From Callorhinchus milii (Eukaryota): a stretch of DNA of 64,000 bases. Within the stretch, counting starts at the first letter, position 1. Each line of letters begins with the position of its first letter. The notes under the pieces were generated by a model. It made no database searches, had not been told where the DNA came from, and worked only from the letters and a program-made list of their open reading frames with translations. Below are positions 1-13,142 of this stretch, piece after piece. A program made the position numbers and the translations under genes. The stretch lies in contig NW_024704743.1 of NCBI RefSeq assembly GCF_018977255.1, positions 27,592,001 to 27,656,000 of the forward strand, given 5' to 3'.

Positions 1-819
1 TAACAGTACATTTTCAAAGGATTTAAGGGAACACCTAGTTTACAAAAAGAAAATAGAACAAATGTCTGAGAGTAGCTGACTGTAAGAAAGTCTGAATGGC
101 GCTCTTAAGCAACAGTGGTTGTATCTCATCAGTTTAGCTGTTTTTTAATATAATGCTTAAATGTGATGTTAAAATCCAAATAGCTTCAGAAGGAAGTTCA
201 GAGATTCCCTGAAGTCTATTTAAATTGGATTATGGTAAGCATATAAAACAGCTTTGAAAAGCTTTGAGCGCTGATTGTGTGTGGCAGGGAAAGGGTGCGA
301 GCAGCATTGGGCTAGTCTCTTAAGCGATAAAGTCTTTGCATCTGCAGTTTCCTAGACTGAAAATACCACCTTTAGTCCAGAACCAGCTATCAAAAAGCAA
401 TATTTTATAATCCAATTTCATAGAAAAAACTATAAAATAACGTAGAAAAATGGGGATTTATCAGGATAGTTCCAAGATAAAGCTACTGGAGAGGATAGGT
501 CTAGGCAAAGCTACTGTATAGGTCACTATGCAGTAGCTATTCCATTAATATATTTTTCTTTGGGGCCGCGTATACAATGTTAAATGTTACTGAAATCATT
601 GCATTAATACGTAAATCCTAAAAATCATTACTCCAAGGGAAAAGGGCTCACTGATAAGTTATCGATTTAGGCATATGTATAAATACATAACTAAATGCGG
701 CTGAATATTAACAGCTTGATGACATAAGTGGTAATGACAAGTTAAAACAGGGATTAAGTTATCAGGAATTTACTGTAATTTGGGACTTTATGCTCACAGA
801 CAATGTGGTTACTTCAGTG

Positions 820-1190
820 CATTAGTGGGGGACTGCTCTATTAATGTCCACCTGAACAGGCAGCCCTTAGTTCAACATTTAAATAGTGTGAAATTAGTAA
901 TGTCCACCTGATGTTCAATCCTTTGGATAAAATGTTAAAGGTCTGCCTGTTCGAGTGGATATTAATGATTCCACATTACTATTTGATTTTTTTTCCCCAG
1001 TGTTTTTTCCACAATCTCCCAGATTAATTGAACATTCATTTTATGGCTGTTTGTGGGAACCTGCTGTTCACAAATTGGCTGCTGCATCAACTCAGTCTCT
1101 GCATTTGACAGAAATTTCCTTGTGAATTGTTTTGAAACATTTTGACATTCATTACAAGAGCTACATCAGATGCCAGGGTTCTTATAATTA
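820..1190 (+). mobile_element. Degraded DeuSINE-type SINE fragments
   Basis: CTGCCTGTTCGAGTGGATATTAA core followed by TTTGTGGGAACCTGCTGTTCACAAATTGGCTGCTGC, matching other copies in the window; includes an inverted fragment at 841-863. Confidence 0.6.
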
Positions 1191-2844
1191 TAATATGCTG
1201 TCTTACCAACACACCTTTCTGTTTATCAAGATCTATTGCTTAAAAAGAGAAGATTTTAAAATGTTCTCCTTATAACAGAATAAGTGCTCCGGGACTCTAC
1301 CCTGCTCTGAAGGGCGCTATTTAAATGCAAGTTATTGTTGTTGTCGTTGAAACTAATATAATGTTTTAAATCCTTACAATAGCAGCAGCTTACATTTATA
1401 CAACCACACCAAAAACAACTTGCATTTGCAGAGTGCTTTTCATGCCAGGAGGACATCACAAACCAGTTCGCACAGTTGACTGGGAGCCCGAGCTGGAGGG
1501 AGGAGGGAAAAATGTGACTGAAAGTGCTGTCAAAAAGCTAGGTCTAGTTGGGTTGCACGAGGTCACAAAGTTATGATGGGGCAGGTCCATTCAAATCATG
1601 GATTTGAATGTAAGGATATGAAATTTGATCCGCTGGGTTACCTTTTGAACTATTCTAACTTTAAAATGATTTGTTTTTTTTAAAATAGCTGTGTATAATA
1701 AGTGGGTAGATGAAAACAACTGCATCTCTCTGTAATTTCAGCCAATGTTAATGGCTGAAACTATGCAGATCTGAATCAAAGTGTACAGCAAAGTGAGAAA
1801 GGTGACGTTATACTTCTGGGCCAGGAAATTAATGTCCTGACATTTAAATGACAAGAAAAAATAATATACGAATGCTGGGGCAGTGAGAAAAATGTATTTA
1901 CTAATGTTGGAACATTTTATGAAATGGAAAACTGTCAATTCTCAGAGTGCTAGAGGAATTGACAAATTCAATAACAATGCGGGCTGATCAGGCAACAAAG
2001 ATGAAGAGTATCAGCAGCATCAAAACTACTGTGACAAAGTCTCAGGGGGTGGGGGAGAGAGATATCTCTTTCGTATAATTTATGATAATTATTTCCTGAA
2101 ACCAGTTGAGAATAATCAACTTGAATTGCATTGTTTTGTAACAGATTCAATGCAATAGTTAACACAATGAATCTGTTCTGGAACATTACAATTTTTACAC
2201 CAACAACATTTTCATCCTGTTATCTATTTGTATGATTACATATGGCACAATCCAACAATGTGAGAAATCAATATTGTTAACTCATGAATCTTCCCCAAAG
2301 TCAATTTGCCATGCACAAGTTAGATGGTCGATTCTGTCAAGACATTAAATTCCATTGGTCTGTTGACATTGTTCAGGGTTTGTCCAAATGGAGCTAAATG
2401 GAACATACAGAGCAAATTAACTCAATGGGCTCATTGGTGCTTTTAAGCCACTGAGGTCATGTATTTACCATTAGGTTAAATCTACTGTAAAATGTATCAA
2501 ATTAAGTTACTACCAACCACAAGGATTTACTGCTTGCATTACCATTTGCTGTACCTCACTCGGTGGTTCATAATAGTTACGACTCTAAAAATAACCTTAA
2601 TTGTCTAAAGAATGCACCCTGAAATCCTCAAGAAAATGAATGAATAGTCAATAGTTTAACATTTATTACTTATTTAGCAGGAACTCTGTCAATGTAGGAT
2701 TTTACCTGAAAACTGGATCATGCATTATTCTAATGTTCAATAAGACATAAATGTAGAAATTCTAGGTTCTTTCCATTTTGCTTGAAGGGTAACAGAGGCC
2801 ATAAGGAATAATTGGGATGGATTTAGAAACCAGGGATCATTCAT

Positions 2845-3150
2845 TCAGATCTAATGATATTCTGTGAGGAGGTAACTAAGTTAATAGGCAAGGACTATCC
2901 TTTCAATAGAATATATTTGGATTTTCAGTAGGCATTTGATGTATTTCTGAATTGCAAGCCTTTTAAAGAAGGTAAAACCTCATGGAACGAATAGCAAGAT
3001 ATCTGTTTAGATTGAAAATTAGTTTGAGAATAGGAAACAGTGATAAATGGAAAGGTTTGTGCCTGGATAGCAGTAATTAATCAAGTACTGGAGAGATCTG
3101 TTCTGTGTCTCCCACTGTTCATGATCTTCATAAGTGATATGGAACAGGAT
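2845..3150 (+). mobile_element. Old CR1 LINE RT fragment
   Basis: ATATATTTGGATTTTCAGTAGGCATTTGAT resembles the CR1 IYLDFQKAFD motif; many stops. Confidence 0.6.
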
Positions 3151-3329
3151 ACTTCCCTTCTAATGCTGTGAATTTCCCGTATGCTTGTCTCCTGGCCACA
3201 CAGCTTAATATTAGTAGCAAATTTAGTATCACTAAAAGTGCCATCATTATCTGCACAGTAACGGATCATTTCTATCTTATTCTGATAACCTACTATCTTA
3301 TTCATATCCAGATATCGTTTGAAAAAACT

Positions 3330-3545
3330 AGATTATATGAAAGCTCCATGATTTCCTTTTCTCTCATGGAAGCACATGCAGTTCTGTACATCTCTCGTGA
3401 CATACATTGTTAAGTCCTGGGATTTCACTTGCTGCTCTTCTCTGAACACTATCCAAGGCAATGCTCCTTTGAGAGATAAGGTAGAAAAATTTGCACCAAC
3501 AATCCAGATGGGGCCTTACCAGATAACTACACAATGTAAGAATAA
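3330..3545 (-). mobile_element. Old CR1 LINE ORF2 C-terminal fragment
   Basis: ORF 3364..3573 contains LVRPHLD...LDSVQRRA. Confidence 0.6.
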
Positions 3546-3631
3546 CTTGTTCAGATTTTTTGTAGAACAACAAAATTTACACTTACATAGAATCGTTCAT
3601 ATCAGGAAGATGGCCCACTACGCTTATCACA

Positions 3632-4105
3632 TTTAGAATATATTAGAATGCATTAGAATACACAGCACAGAAACAAGCCGTTCGGCCCAACTGGTCTATG
3701 CCGGTGTTTATGCTCCACATGAGCCACCTCCTGCCCTTCCTCAACTAAGCCTTCAATCATAACCTTCTGTTCCTTTCTCCCTCATGTACCTATCTAGCGT
3801 TCCCTTAATTACATCTATGCTATTTGCCTCAATAACTCCTTGTGGTAGCATGTTCCACGTTCCCACCATTCTGTGTGAAGAAATTTCTTCTAACTTCTCT
3901 ATTTGATCTATTTGTGACGATTTTATAATGATGGCCCCTGGTTTTGGTCTCCCTCACAAGTGAAAACATCTTCCCTATGTCTACCCTATCAAAACCTTTC
4001 ATGATTTTAAAGACCTCTAACAAGTCACCCCTTACCCTCCTCTTTTCAACAGAAACGAGTCCAAGCATATTCAGCCTTTCCTGATAGGTATAACCTCAGT
4101 TTCTC
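3632..4105 (-). mobile_element. CR1 LINE 3' end, 5'-truncated
   Basis: ORF 3829..4068 EKRRVRGDLLEVFKIMKGFDRVD...TRGH...RRNFFTQ; 3' UTR; short tandem tail (TTAGAAT)x3 at ~3632-3660. Confidence 0.9.
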
Positions 4106-4682
4106 CTCAAAATATTGTCTTTACTCAGATCAGTGCAGTCAAAGAGGTAGGTATTCAATCAGGCAAGGATTTGTTGGGATTTATTACTCAGAAGCGTATT
4201 GTATTCACCTTCCTTCCCGTTTCAACATGAACAAGCCTGTTAAGTATTGACCTAAATTATGACTAAGTTTGGGCTTCTAATTGTCTGCAAACCAACTTTT
4301 AAACACAATGTTTCTTTTTCAACAAAGTTGAACTCACTTCTGAAATATTGGGCAAAAGGCAGAGGATGCTGGAAAGTAGGTGGTTTAAAAAGTCTGAATG
4401 ATATAGAATTGTGAGGAACTTCATTACTATTGATTCATATTCAATTATAAAGTACTGGAACAGCATAGTTGATCCACTCATTTTAGCTTGAAATTTGTAT
4501 TGAGTATGGGAAAGAAATATCCAACTGTAAGTTATAACACAGGCAAAAATCCAATAAGAAGCAGTCAACCATTATTTCTGCTTTCAGGAGTAAATCTCCT
4601 CCTGACATGTGCTTAATAGTCAAGCATCAAACTGGCTCAAAAATCCTGACATCCACCGTCTTTGATCTGACCTATTATTTTT

Positions 4683-5068
4683 ATAATAATTATAATTATA
4701 ATCCTTGCATTTGATATAGCGCCTTATTCCGTCTTCCAGATGTCACAAAGCCCTTGACAGTATATGGTATATGCTGTAAAGTGAATTGACTGTATGTTTT
4801 GGGAGTGAAATGCAGCAGCCAATTGTGCACAGCAGTGTCTCACAAACAGTCGTGGATTAAGTGACCAAATTATTATTATCATTATTATTTTTTGAAGGAA
4901 TTATTACCCATGGAAAAGCCATCTGCCAATCGGCTAAGAAAAGGGCTCCTACTTACTGCTAGATAAACAGAGTAAGGAAATTTGCCCAACGCTTTGCCCT
5001 GCTGGGAATCAAACCCAGGTCCTCTTGCTTGTGAAGCAAGTGCTCTAAACATTAAGCTACAAGATTCC
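4683..5068 (-). mobile_element. tRNA(Ala)-derived SINE, near full length
   Basis: Minus-strand head GGAATCTTGTAGCTTAATG...GGTTTGATTCCC, shared body, AAATGCAAGGATTAT tail. Confidence 0.85.
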
Positions 5069-5179
5069 ACAAGCTACAGAGTGATCATCATTGATGCTGG
5101 AACACGGCAATTCAATGATGAATATAGATATAGATTAACATGAAATGTATAACTTCTAATATTGCGAATTTCAGACCCA

Positions 5180-5690
5180 TGTAGAACCTGTCCTCCTGGC
5201 CAAAATTTTGGAATGTGTCATTGCAAATCAACTTCATTCACACCTCTCCCTCCATCCCTACTTAATCCCCTTCAGTCCGGTTTTCACACTGCCCACAGCA
5301 CAGAGACAGTGCTCCGCAAGGTAACAAATGTTGTCCTCTCTCTCTGTGATCAGGGCTCCCTCTGCCTCCTTGTTCACCTGGACCTCTTCGCCACTTTCAA
5401 CACCGTCCACCACGTCATCCTCCTCCACCGCCTCTCCTCCCTCATTCACTTTAGTCGGACCACACTCACGTGGTTCAAGTCCTAGGTAACAAACCACCAA
5501 CAATTCATCTTGGCAAACGTTCTTTCCTCCCACTCCAGCCCAGTCACCTGCAGGATACACCAAAGCTCCATCCTTGGCCCCCTTCTGTTCCTTATCTACA
5601 TGCTCCCTCTCGGCGATGTCATCCACAGGCATGGAGTCAACTTCCACATGTATGTGGATGACACCTAAATCTACTGGTTTAATACAGATT
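5180..5690 (+). mobile_element. L2 LINE RT fragment
   Basis: LQSGFHTAHSTETVLRKVTN...LDLFATFNTVHH and a later MYVDDT motif; frameshifted. Confidence 0.9.
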
Positions 5691-6408
5691 AAGTTGTTGT
5701 TGCTTCCTCTGACAATAGCTCTGCCAGAAGCTGTTATAGCATTTAAAAATAGTATTTGAAAGGTACCGTTCAAAGGTACTGGAGCAATAGTGTCATTCAG
5801 TAGTTTTGAATCACCATAATTATGGTAATGATTACATTCCTCCACTATCCTAATTTCTAGTCCTTGTAATATCGGCTGCAGTGATTTGTTGCACCTAGAC
5901 CTTCGTATTATCTTCAGAAGTTAAAAATCTATCTAGATCAATCATCATCAACATTTTTTGATGTTCCAAAAGCTTTGCAGTGTAAAAGTGTTAATTAATC
6001 TCACTAAAAATGGAAGACTTGTGTAATTGTCTTTTGCGACATATCTCTGAGCAGGTTGGCAAACTGCAGGGGTTTGTTCGAAAATGATCCATCCAAGTTA
6101 AATTTATCCAACAATGCTGGAGGCCCATTATTCTCATGATCTTATCTGTAAGACCATTGACTTAAATGTTAAGATTGTGCAGAATTTTGGAATGTTCTAA
6201 GTTCAATCTCAGTTTTGAAAACTGCTTCTCCACTGTAAATTTTAGGAGTTAAGGTCAGAAGAGATTTCAGGCCTCAGAAAATTCCATAATACATTTTCAA
6301 AATGTTGGGGTGTTAAACACTCTGAGAAACTGCCATGCGTGAAGGGAGCTATATAAATGCAAGTTATTGATGTTGTGTTATCTTCAGATGCCACAACAAC
6401 AAGCACAG

Positions 6409-7765
6409 CATTCACTTCAAGGCATTTTGTGGGATATTGCTGGGCTCAAATTGGATGCCATATTCACCTACAAAATACACAGTCACTACATTTTACTGTA
6501 CATCCTGTGAAGCACTTTGAGAAGCTGTGAAAAGTACTGTATCAAATGCAAGGATTATTATATTTCTTGCACAAATATATTTCTACTGCCTGCTGTAGTG
6601 TCCTTTCTCCCCCACATCCATGCCATGACCGGCACTCCTACCACCACTTCCACAACATTGCCAGACTCCGCCATGTCTCACCCCTCAGGCTGCCAAAACC
6701 CTCACCCATGCACTTGTCACCTCAAGGCTTGATTAAGGGAACTCCCTCCTCATCTGCTTTCCTAACTCTTCCCTTCACAAGCTGCAGATCATCCAAAACT
6801 CTGCAGCTCGTGTACTCTCATGCACCAGGCTCCGTGACTCCATCACTCCCACCCTCGCCCAACTTCACTGGCTCCCTATCCCCCAGAGGAACGAGTTCAA
6901 GATCCTCATCCTCACCTTTAAGGCCATCCATGGCCTTACTCCTTCCTATCTCTCTAACCTGCTGACTCCCTACCAACCTGCCCACTCCCTCCGTTCATGA
7001 ATCTCCGGCCTGCTCCATGTTTCCCGCCTGACCCACCCTACCATCCGTGGCCGGGCTTTCAGCCTCTCTGCCCCCACACTCTGGAACTCCATCCCACTGT
7101 CCCTTCGCCTCGCTTCCTCCCTTGCTTCCTTCATGGCCCGTTTCAAGACCCTTCTCTCGACCGTGCCTTTGGTCTCCCTCCCACCTCTCTGACTTCCCTC
7201 ACCCCTACACCACCCCTCCCCCATGCTTGGGCCCCGACACCTGACTGTTCAGCGCTTTGGAACGTCCTCCCAACGTGAAAGGCGCTCTATAAGTGTAATT
7301 TTGTTGCTGTTGTCCATCACCAACACAACGCATGGTCTGTACTGATCCAAAGAGACACGTGTACTATATATATTATATAGAGCCTTGATCGCAAATAAAA
7401 TGATGCAGATGCAATTTTTGACATAGAAGAAAAGCTCCATGGATATTTTACGATATTTCCATGGGCTAGATGCCAGTATCCTAATCCCAGAAAAATACAG
7501 ACGCACACATCTCACAGGGTTCTCCACGTAACATTCATACATTTTCTCCTGGCTCCCCAAAGAACAGCAATACTCTTGTGGTGCTCAGACCCCCAACCTA
7601 ATCCTACCAACTGTGCCAAATAATTTCTCAAATAACTTAGAAATGGAGTCCGGTAGCTCAGCGGTTAGAGGACCTGGGTTCAATTCCCAGGTGAGACAAA
7701 ACGTTAGGCAAGTTTCCTTACTCCACACTCCTGTGTTTACCTAGCAGTAAGTAGAAATCTGGTTA
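6409..7765 (+). repeat. Local duplication copy 1 (paralog of 9210-9918), interrupted by an L2
   Basis: 6409-6603 plus 7311-7765 align colinearly with 9210-9918, including non-SINE sequence such as TGATCCAAAGAGACAC and TAATCCCAGAAAAATACAGA. Confidence 0.9.
6604..7310 (+). mobile_element. L2 LINE 3' portion with TGTCC target-site duplication
   Basis: L2 C-terminal coding remnant (CTTCACTGGCTCCC, TTCAAGATCCTC), 3' stem-loop AGCGCTTTGGAACGTCCTCCCAACGTGAAAGGCGCT, TTG tail; TGTCC at 6599-6603 and 7311-7315. Confidence 0.9.
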
Positions 7766-9209
7766 CTGAACCCAAATCATATCAAACTGAAATATATGTC
7801 AAGAGGGAGATCAAGGGGTTTAAAGACCTCTTCTGTGCTTTACGTATCCCTGAAGGCAAGTCATTTAGAACATGTGACATGTCAGTTTCACTGCATGTAT
7901 CTAAACCAGAGGTTCATTATTGTTGTGGATCTGTGAAAGCCTCAAAGGAATCACTACCTGCAGAGAATTTCTTTCTTCACTGCTTCTTTGCCCAATTATG
8001 AAGGAAACATTGTTTTAAACATGTTTAAAATACTAGAAAGTAACAAGGGTTCTGAAACTTGAGAGCCCACGTATCAATATTTAATCTGATGGTCAATTCT
8101 GTCTATTTCCCCCCCAAAATAATACATCAGCAGACTTTACGTCATTGCAGTTCAATGGTAAACAAACGTTCAGAGTTTCCCACATGGTAAATTTTTCATC
8201 TCAAGTGGGCCATCTGGTGGATGTGCCGGATGACAAAGAGGATCCAAGCACAAGTGCAGCTCTTCCCTACACGATGGGAGGGATGGACCGAGGCGACAGT
8301 GGACAGTCAGCTAACCTAAACTTTAAAGCTGCTATTGTAAAAGCCTCAAAAGAACCGAAATTTGAAAGTAATAAGTGGTATAAAATTTCAGCAATGTAGA
8401 ACAACATGTAGAATGCTCGATTGCATCCAGATTCTGTGTATTGTAGGGTCTGACCAAGGTTAAGTCAGAATTTCTCTCTTTTCAGTTTATATTTGCTTTG
8501 GTCCAAAGTTCTCGCAGGTAAATTGGTGTCTGAATGCAGTTAATACGAGTCCAATGTGTGACATCCCAGGAATGATGAATAAACTGCCCTATGTTGGTGT
8601 GAAATTATGGTTGGTGCCCAGCTGCGTTGGTTAAATTGCCCAATAGTTTTGAGGAAATAATAATCCCGATCTTCCATATCGCTGGAACAGTGCATGGTTA
8701 AGATCTTACAGTAGGACCAAAGGTCCAAAATAAAACAGCAAGCACAAGAGTGATAATTACTACCTGACATGTGCTTCTCAGTTGGTTCTTTCAGCCTGCC
8801 TACCATCCCCTCTGTCCATTTGACTCAGTCTCAGTAACAGAAGCCTCAGCAGGAGCAACGTTTACAAGAACGATATCACTGTCATCCTTCACCTAGAGAA
8901 GGAAGAGAACCAAGAGGAAGAGGAATAAGAAAGACAAAGGTGAAGGGGAAGAAGAGACATGCGAGAAGGATGGCACTGACTCCTTTCTCCCATACAACTC
9001 CCCACTTTGCCCAGCATAACAGTCCTACACTGAATCAAGCAGGAAACTGCACTGTGTCACACAGATCAAGATACCTCAGAAACAGAAACAAAGATAGACA
9101 ATAGGACTACAAGCGATGGAAAACTAAGCACTGCCTTCTGTTCATAGTTGTTCAAAGAGAAGGGAGATTTTCCAGTGGATTGGCCAATAATCTTCCAGAT
9201 AAAATTCAT

Positions 9210-9918
9210 CATTCACTTCAATGCTGTTTTTGGGGGAAACTGCTGTGCTCAAATTGGCTGCCACATTCACCTACAAAATACACAGTCACTGCATTTAACT
9301 GTATATCCAGTGAAGCACTTTGAGAAGCTGTGAAGAGTACTGTATCGAATGAAAGGATTATTATATTTCTTGCACAAATATATTTCTATTATCTGCTGCA
9401 GTGTCCACCACCAACACAACACATGGTCTATGCTGATCCAAAGAGACACAAATATATTATATATATTATATATAGCCTTGATCGCAGATAACCTGATGCA
9501 GATGCAATTTCTGACATATAAGAAAAGGCCCTGGATATTTTACGACATTTCTATGGGCTAGACGCTGGTATCATAATCCCAGAAAAATACAGATGCACAC
9601 ATCTCACAGGAATTCTCCATGTAAAATTCATGCATTTTCCCCTGGCTCTCCAAATAACAGCAATACTCTTAAAGTTACAATACACAATTTTGATCCAGTG
9701 GTGCTTGGACACCCAACCTAGATCAAGGTCAGAAAGTCCTACCAACTGAGTCAAATAATTTCTCCAATAACGTATAAGTGGAGTCCGGCAGCTAAGTGGT
9801 TAGGGTACTTGCCTCACAAATGTGAGGACCTGGGTTCAATTCCCAGGCAGGACGAACCATTAGGCACGTTTCCTTACTCCACACTGCTCTGTTTACCTTG
9901 CAGTAAGTAGGAATCTGG
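9210..9918 (+). repeat. Local duplication copy 2 (empty-site version)
   Basis: Colinear with 6409-7765 but has a single TGTCC (9402-9406) where copy 1 carries the L2. Confidence 0.9.
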
Positions 9919-10161
9919 ATGTTATTTGATTGGCGGATTGCTTGTCCAGGGTTAATAATTCCTTAAAAAATAAATTTAAAAATAATAATTTGTTTGTTTA
10001 ATCTACGTTGTTTGTGGGACACTGCTGTGCACAATTGGCTGCCGAGTTTCACCCACAAAAATATAAGAATCAATTCACTTTACAGTATATTCTGTGAAGT
10101 GCTTTCAGATGTCTCGAAGACATGATAAGGGGCTATATCAAATGCAAGGATTATTATTATT
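9780..10161 (+). mobile_element. tRNA-derived SINE, long variant
   Basis: Head GGAGTCCGGCAGCTAAGTGGTTAG...GGTTCAATTCCC, central CTCTGTTTACCTTGCAGTAAGTAGG module, ATT tail. Confidence 0.9.
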
Positions 10162-11994
10162 GTATAGTATAATATAAGTGCAACATTACATTCTTGCTTT
10201 GGTTCTCTCGGTCAAAGAACTGATTCTTGAATACAGCTGCAGATTCCAGAGCCTGAGAACTGATGCTGGAAGTTAATTCTTGACAAAAATTTCTAATTAT
10301 AATCTCTTTCTCTGTTACAAAGGGCTGTATTAAGAGTCTGTAGTTTGAGGATTCAGATGTACTTTGCTGCTGGAAGGTATTTCCGAATAAACAAGATTAA
10401 GTATTAAGACAAGCAATATGTGATAAAAATGATGTGATTGTCAGTAACTTTCAATCTACTTTGCATAAGGCATAGCTATTTAATTAATTATCTTGTTTTA
10501 CTGTATACAGCATGAAGTTTGGTGAACTGAGCCTAAATGCGAGTATGACAAAGACCTCTTGCTGCCTGCTGTGTCAACCTCTTCTTCAGCATAGCATGTC
10601 ATCTGGGATGTCCTGAACGATAAAGCATTTTCGGTTTGATCCATTTGGAATTTCTGTTTGGTAATGACCATATCAACAAAATTACATTTATTTAGCACCT
10701 TTGATGTCAGAAGAATGTCCCTTTCTAACAAGCAGTGAAGGGGAGGAGAGGAAACAGGTCCTTTCCCGAACTGGATTCCTGGCTCAAGCTGAACAATTAC
10801 CTATTTGTATTGAGCTGTTGGCCATTGTTTGCCCGTTCAGGGTTATATGTATGTCCTGAATATTGCATCTCTTGTTATAGCGGTGTGAATGGGAGAAGCA
10901 GTGATACAGCAGCACCATGAAAACAAGGCCAAGAATAACACAAGTCTTCAACTTCAAGATTTAAATGCTCAGTATTAAGAATGCCTGGAATCACTGTTAT
11001 TCTAGAAAAGAAGATAAATGTTGTTGAAATAATTTACACTCATTAACCACAGTATCAAATTATATGTATAGTAGATGTGCACAACACTTATATTAATTTT
11101 GACACAGAATTCTGAACCTAGATCTTTCAAAAAAAACAGTTAGGCTGTAAAAATCTGCCACTTCTGATGCTTCAGAAAACAAATTTGCTTTCAACTGAAT
11201 TATTTTTAAAGGGTAATACCAGAATCATTTTAGGAAAGCTACATTAAGAGATGCAGAGAATACGGGAGCTTTTGAGTTGGGCCAATTTTCAATTTCTGCC
11301 AACATGGACAGAATACTTTGCTACTTTGAACGTTTTACTGTAAACAAAGAAAGATTTGAAGATTTGCAGCCACAAAGTGAGCAAATATCCTGATGGAAGT
11401 ATCAGAACCTAACAGTGTTTGAAAACCCTTATTGAATAATATTTCTGTGAATGCTACACAAAATATACAGTCAATTCACTTTATAGTATATTCTGTGAAG
11501 TACTTTGAGACATCTTGAAGATGTGATAAGGCGCTATATCAAACGTAAGGATTATTATTATTACAAAGGAAACTTTAAAGCAAGACTAAAATGGTGACAG
11601 CCTTCACTGTGTTCATGTTTGACATCACTCTGGTGTCTGCATCCTGCTGGTGCGGAACAGCGGGATGCAGAATTATTACCGAAATTCACAAAAGATTAGG
11701 GGAAAATTGCAGTATTTCTTAACTTTACAGTATACCTTTCCAAGATTCTTGGTGTTAATTCTAGGTCAATTTTAAAATCAGCCACCCAACGTGTTGCAGA
11801 GCTTGTTCTTGGAATATAATTTAAATGTATTTTAAAATAAATGTGATTGAAATAAAACAGCCATCAAAGTATGAGGCATATGCTATAATTATTTAGTGGT
11901 GTCAGTTAGTCTTGCAGAAAAAATTAACACTAAGGTGCAATGTTATTTAATTTATTTCATAAACCAACAAAGGTTAATTTTATTCCTTTATAAT

Positions 11995-12330
11995 ATATTG
12001 GGAACACCAGATTACATTATTCCATGTAAAACTATGCCCATGCTGAGTAACTGGGGAGAGGTCAGGATTCTTGTTCTCAGGTATAGGTTTGAAGGTATAC
12101 TCAAGGTACTTGTTTTGATTGGAGAAAAGAAGATTAAGAGAGGACGTAATTCAGATCTTTAAAATACTGAGAAGGCAAGAAAAATATAGATCTAAGGAGA
12201 CTATTTAACTTAAATTGGAGAAAAGGAGGACATGAGTACAAAATTAACAAGCTATTAACTTGTGGAATAGATTTCATTCAAAAGCAATTAACACTGTGCT
12301 AAATAATTCCTTTAGAAAGAGTCAAATGAA
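11995..12330 (+). mobile_element. Old CR1 LINE fragment
   Basis: Degenerate similarity to the CR1 ORF2 C-terminus (e.g. AGATTAAGAGAGGACGTAATTCAGATCTTTAAAATA, like RLRGDLIxxFKI). Confidence 0.5.
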
Positions 12331-12887
12331 TATTTAGTTAATCACAGGATAGGTACAGATGTAGATGATTGAATATTCAGTGCAAAAGCAAGATTTTTGT
12401 GTTGCTAGCACAGTGTGAATACAACCAGTCAGGGTCAAATGATGTAGGTTGTAAAGTCTGATTAATATCCCAGGCCACGTAGGATTTCACGGAACGCTAT
12501 CTTCTTAAACGTGTTGTGAGGATTTATTGACCTTCCCGAGAAGATTAAATAAATTCAGGGACATCAATGATTGAAGACATTTATCTAGTTGTCTGAAATA
12601 AAAACAGACTGAATGAACCAAGCAGCCAAATTTGGATTCCATGCTTTATTTTTCTGATCTGACTAAAATCCCCCCAAAGTCTGCAACGTCCAATTCATCC
12701 TTATATGGAACAAATTTGTTTTGATATCAATTCAATGTATTCCATTTTAAAACAATAACTACAACCTGCATTTATTCGGTGCTCTGAGTGCTGCAAAGTG
12801 GCAGGGTTGGATACTGAGCAAGAGAGAAGGGAGAGACCATAGGCACAGTTGAAGAGGTAAGTTTTCAGTAGGAATTTAAAAATAGAT

Positions 12888-13142
12888 AATAATAATAACA
12901 ATAATAATCCTTGCAGTTGTTATAGCGTTTTTCACGTCTTCTAGAGGTCTCAAAGCGCTTCACAGAATATACTGTAAAGTGAATCGACCGTATATTTGTG
13001 GGTGAAACGCGGCAGCCAATTGTGCACAGCAGTGTCCCACAAACAGTCGTGGATTGAAAATTACCAATTTATTATTGTTTTGTTTTGGAGGGATTATTAT
13101 TAGGCATGTGGAGTAAGGAAACTTGCCTAAGGTTTCGCCCTT
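12888..13142 (-). mobile_element. tRNA-derived SINE, short variant, 5'-truncated
   Basis: Shared body and tail; central module absent (ACTCCACATGCC joined directly to TAATAATAATCCCTCC). Confidence 0.85.

Noticed and set aside
5258..5845. Longest ORF in the track (195 aa, minus strand)
   Set aside because: Mostly the antisense of an L2 RT fragment
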